NCBI GenBank assembly: GCA_033442325.1
Contig: JAWQFM010000001.1
Span: 2,982,076 to 3,046,075, forward strand
Length of the DNA: 64,000 nt
Direction of reading: 5' to 3'
Origin: Salpingoeca rosetta
Lineage: Eukaryota; Protista; Choanoflagellata
A program made the translations under genes and the position numbers. Below the pieces are notes generated by a model that saw only the letters and a list, made by a program, of their open reading frames with translations, made no database searches and was not told the origin of the DNA. Numbering within the stretch: the stretch's first letter is position 1; each line of letters opens with the position of its first letter. Positions 59,999 to 64,000 of this stretch are shown in pieces.

Positions 59999-61109
59999 GC
60001 ACGCACGCACGCACGCACACACAACACGTATGCGTACTCACAAATGTACTTGCTTGTACTCACGTTGTCTCCAACTCACACTCTCGCCCTTGTGGTGCAG
60101 GGCCGAGTTCAGCAAAGATGATCACGTCTTCACATCCATCGACAGAGAGCTGTACGTCATGCCTGGTTTGCCCCCCGGGTGGCTGTGTACTGTCCTCTCA
60201 TGCTTTGCTTCTGTTGCAACAGCACCTTCGTGCGCTCACGTGTTTGACGTGTCCTGTGTTGTTTGCAACAGGGCCAAGTTCTACTGCGAGAAGTGTGTGA
60301 CCAAGAACAAGCTGTCGGAGCTCTCAGTGACATGCAAGGTGCGCGTGTGCGTGTGCATGCACATATGTGCGTTTGTGTGTTTGGGTGCGTGGATTGGCTA
60401 TGAACAGCACCTACAAAGGGCCTGTGTGCTTCTGGAGTGCCTGGTGCTTCTGATCCGTGTTTGTTTTTGAGGTCCTCTTCCTCTTCCTCTTCTCCTTCTT
60501 CTTGCTTCTTTTCTTGCTTCTTCTTCGTCTTCGTCTTTCTTCTTCTCCTGCTTGATCACTCACCTGTGATATCCCTTTAATCGCGTGTGTTGAGTGGAGT
60601 GCAGACATTGCGCGTTCCTCTGGGCGGCAGTGGCGTTGAGCCACGCCGCGTGTGTGTCAATGAGAAGCGGCTCGTTGTGCTCACGAGCGAGGGCCGCGTC
60701 TTCGACTCCCACCCAGGCGTCAACGACGACACCTGCTCCGTCACACAGGCCAGGGCCAAGGAAGAACAGGTACGCAAGTGCACATGCGCTTGCATTGGAT
60801 TTTGGGCGTGCATTTTTGGTGGGAGGAGATGGTGTTGGTTGTTTGAATGCGTTCTGATAAACTCTTGTCTTGGTGCGCGACAGTTTCGCCTTTCTCTGCC
60901 GCTCTCTGTACTGATGCGCTCTGGATCCATATGTATGTGTGTGTGCGTGTGTTTGTGCGAGCAGGAGAAGCTGAAAGAGGCTGGTGCGCTTCCCTGTGAT
61001 CACGATTTCAGTCACCCAGCGGGCAGTGTCGCCCACATCTGCCCCGTACGTTCTCGAGTTTGGTACAGCCATCCCACACATTCACAAACGAACCCCGCAC
61101 ACATGCGCG

Positions 61110-61193
<84 letters not shown>

Positions 61194-64000
61194 TCACACT
61201 TGCATGCATTGACCCTTTTCATCTTCCGTCGCTTGTGCTTGTACCCATAGGCGTGCAACCAGTGTACCAACTCTGGCAAGGCGTGCTACCGCGCTGCCAA
61301 GAAGGACCGCGAGAAAGGTGGGGCCATCTGGGAAGCGTGTCTTACCCCCCCCCCTCTTTTTAAGCATGCGCCTGCCTGCACAGCTCACTCATACTTGCGT
61401 CTTCTCTAACTCGTGCATACCCCCAACACACAAACAATACACACACACACTCACACAAACAAACAATACACACACACATACATACACACATACACACTCA
61501 CACAAACAAACAATACACACACGTGTGAAGGCGCGCCTTGCGGGTGCGGTGATGGCGACCCCGGCTGCCTCAAGTGCGGCATGTGCAAGACGTGCGCCAA
61601 GGAGGGCAAGCGGGAGGATGGCGCCGACTCTGAGCAAAAGTCCCTCACTGCCGTTCTCGACCCGCCCCACGCCCCGCGCGTCCTGCCAGAGGGCTTTGAG
61701 CTCTCCCGCGTGCAGCAGGAGGAGGAGTTCGCGGACGTGTGTGCTGGCGAGGAGCACGTGGTTGCCCTGACCGTGGACGGCAAGGTGTTTGTGTCCGGCT
61801 CAAACGAGGACGGGCAGCTCGGCCTGCCAGACATGGTGTGCACCGTCCCCTTCACGCACGTGCCCTTGCCCAGCGAAGCGCGCGCGTGCGGCATCGCAGC
61901 CGGCGCCCGCCACACGGCCGTTGTGCTTGAGGACGGGCGGCTGGTCACGTTTGGCCGCAGCGACGAGGGCCAGCTCGGTGCGGGCCGCGCTGTGACGGAC
62001 GACGACCGGAAGGCGGCGGTTGAGGCTGCTGTTGACGCAGCAGCGAAGGAGAAGGCCGACGCACAGGAGGAAGAGAAGAACAAGGAGGAAGGAGAGGGAG
62101 AGGATGACGAGATGAAGAAGCCAGCAGCCGATGAGGCGAAGAAGGGGGAGGACAGCAAGGAGAAAGACAAGAAGGAAGCAGAGCAAGGTGACGAGAAGAA
62201 GGCCGAAGGAGCTGAGCAGAAGGAGGGAGATCAAGAAGAAGACAAGAAGAAGAAAGACGACAAGGAGGAGGAGGAGGACAAGGATAAGGCTGCTGCTGCT
62301 GCCGCCGCCGCCGTCGCCGAAGACAAGGCTGTGGCTGAGCGGGCCAGCAAAGCTGCCAAGGCTGCCACCAACGCGCCGCGCATTGTGGAGCTGCCCATGG
62401 CCGCGTCCACCGTGAGCGCCGCCGGCAGCGCCACCATCGTGTTTATGGGAGAGGACGTCTTTGACAAGTCTGTCCTTGCCAAGTCCAGCATGGCCTGCAC
62501 AGGCCAGTACCTGCTTGCGCTCACGCCGCAGGGGGGTGCTGCCGATGCTGCCACCGACGGTACGGTGTGCCTGGCCACCTTCAACCTGACCAGCGGCCTG
62601 CTTGTTGAGAAGAACACGGCGTCCGGGATTGGCCGCGGCAGCTGCCTGTGCTTCAGCGCGCAGCACGACACGCTTGCGCTCTACGACAACACCGCCGCTG
62701 CCGTCAGCTTCCACCGCACGCTGCTGACGGACGTGGAACGCAAGCCACACGAACGGCAGCGGTCGTACTCGGACCTGGCGGTGGATCCCCGTGCATTCTT
62801 GCTGTCCCCGTCCAACGTCGTTGGCCCGGAGAGTGCGGCCACCGCGCCGCGCGCCCTCGCCTCCACGTTCCTCAGCGTTCTTGCTGCGATGAACCACGAG
62901 CCCGTCGGGCGGCCCAAGGCGGCGTCAGACAAGGTGGTGCCCAGCTCGCCCTCCACCGGCATTGGGCTGGAGGACGTGACGCATGTGTCGCGGTACTCGT
63001 CGCAGGGCGGCGGCTGGGGCTACGGCGGGTCGTCGCCGGACGCCATCGGCTTCAAGGTGAACCAGCCGATCGCCATCTGCGGGTTTGGGCTGTATGGGCA
63101 GGACTCCATGTCGTTCAACGCCACGATGAAGCTGTTTGTGGACGGCAAGGCGGAAGAGCCTCTGGCGACCAAGACGACGACGTACTCGAGCAACTGCCCC
63201 GGCCGCAACTACGCCGCCATCCTCTTTGACGAGCCCGTCACCGTGGAGCCGCACCAGCTGTACATTGCCTGGGCGCTGATCCAGAGCCCGCACTCGTCCA
63301 TCTGTGGCTCGAGCGGCCAGTCTGTGGTGGAGGAGGACGGGGTGCAGTTCAACTTTGTCAGCACGCACCACGGCTCCAACGGCACCGACGTCAGCTCCGG
63401 GCAGGTCCCTGCCATCCTCTTCTGCACGCTGGACAAGCTGCAGGGGAGCACGGACCTGTTTGCGTCCACGGAGCAGAGCTTCAAGCTGAGCCCCCGCTTC
63501 TACCGCCAGGCGGATGTTGGGGGCCTGGAGGGCCTGCTCAACACCCTCTCTTCCACGTGGCAGCACTTGCTCAAGGCCAAGGCGGTCCCAGCAGCAGGTA
63601 AAAGTACCAAGTCCAACACACACTTCCACGTGGGCGTGTTTGCCCGCTGCCTGCATCTGATTGAGCAGTGCGTGCGCAGCAACTTTGAACTAGACTGGCT
63701 CGGTAACGTGACCACGCGCCCAAAGCCGGACGTGTCCACTACTCTCTTTGAGGAAGTTCTGCGGCTGCGTCATTTCGCCCGCGAGTGCCTGTCCACAGCG
63801 CCCAAGAATGCGGCGACGCGCAAGGCACTGGAGCTCATCACCAGCACCTTCAAGCAGTTGTTTAAGCTCTTCTATCCTACCACTCGTCTCCAGCGTGACC
63901 TCTTCCTGGAGGTGCTGATGCATGGCAAGACCGATGTATCAGATCCGCAAGCAGAAGCGCAGGTGTGCGTGTGGAAACCTGTGTGTGTGTGTGTGTGCGT
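53733..64000 (+). CDS. MYCBP2: MYCBP2/PAM/Highwire/RPM-1 (PHR family) E3 ligase-like, 5' part; runs off window
   Basis: ATG 53733 METLRKWLG; GLQSTFEIVQDVC...LLSLLKILEGLDPEAM; Cys cluster ACNQCTNSGKAC...GAPCGCGDGDPGCLKCGMCKTCAKE; RCC1 repeats VCAGEEHVVALTVDGKVFVSGSNEDGQLG and IAAGARHTAVVLEDGRLVTFGRSDEGQLG; PHR domain SRYSSQGGGWGYGGSSPDAIGF...GFGLYG...ILFDEPV...YIAWA...GSSGQ...GSNGTDVSSGQVPAILF (~62986-63423). The open exon 61531-63962 is absent from the ORF track. Confidence 0.88.
57972..58071. other. Assembly gap (100 N) inside the MYCBP2-like gene
   Basis: N run. Confidence 0.99.

Overview
Eukaryotic, intron-dense, GC-rich draft-assembly DNA with four N gaps, saturated with (CA)n/(GT)n microsatellites. 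The gene content (receptor tyrosine kinase, PLOD, MYCBP2, somatomedin-B protein) and intron style suggest a choanoflagellate such as Salpingoeca; this is inference. Most entries in the ORF track are microsatellite or antisense shadows, so I rebuilt genes by hand-splicing at GT-AG junctions. I support 13 protein-coding genes: the 3' end of a ZRANB3-like HNH gene (+); a ~10 kb receptor tyrosine kinase (-); DDX55/SPB4 (+); a C2/coiled-coil protein (+); a PLOD-like lysyl hydroxylase with no N-terminal glycosyltransferase domain (+); a BBE-like FAD oxidase (-); two tandem XPR1/SYG1 SPX-EXS genes (-); an unknown protein (-); acid ceramidase (-); ADCK1 (+); a somatomedin-B/mucin/bacterial-type beta-propeller fusion (-); and the 5' part of a MYCBP2/Highwire-like gene (+). 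Most notable: (1) a strand-aware microsatellite polarity, with sense GU repeats after exons and sense CA repeats before exons, some acceptors lacking a pyrimidine tract; (2) an RTK ectodomain with three amnionless/G8-like modules, FN3-like domains, a mucin stalk and an SEA-like segment; (3) the SMB-glycosidase-like chimera; (4) the GT-less PLOD; (5) mosaic identity between the XPR1 paralogues. No rRNA, tRNA, CRISPR or transposon was recognised. All homology calls are from recalled motifs, not database searches.
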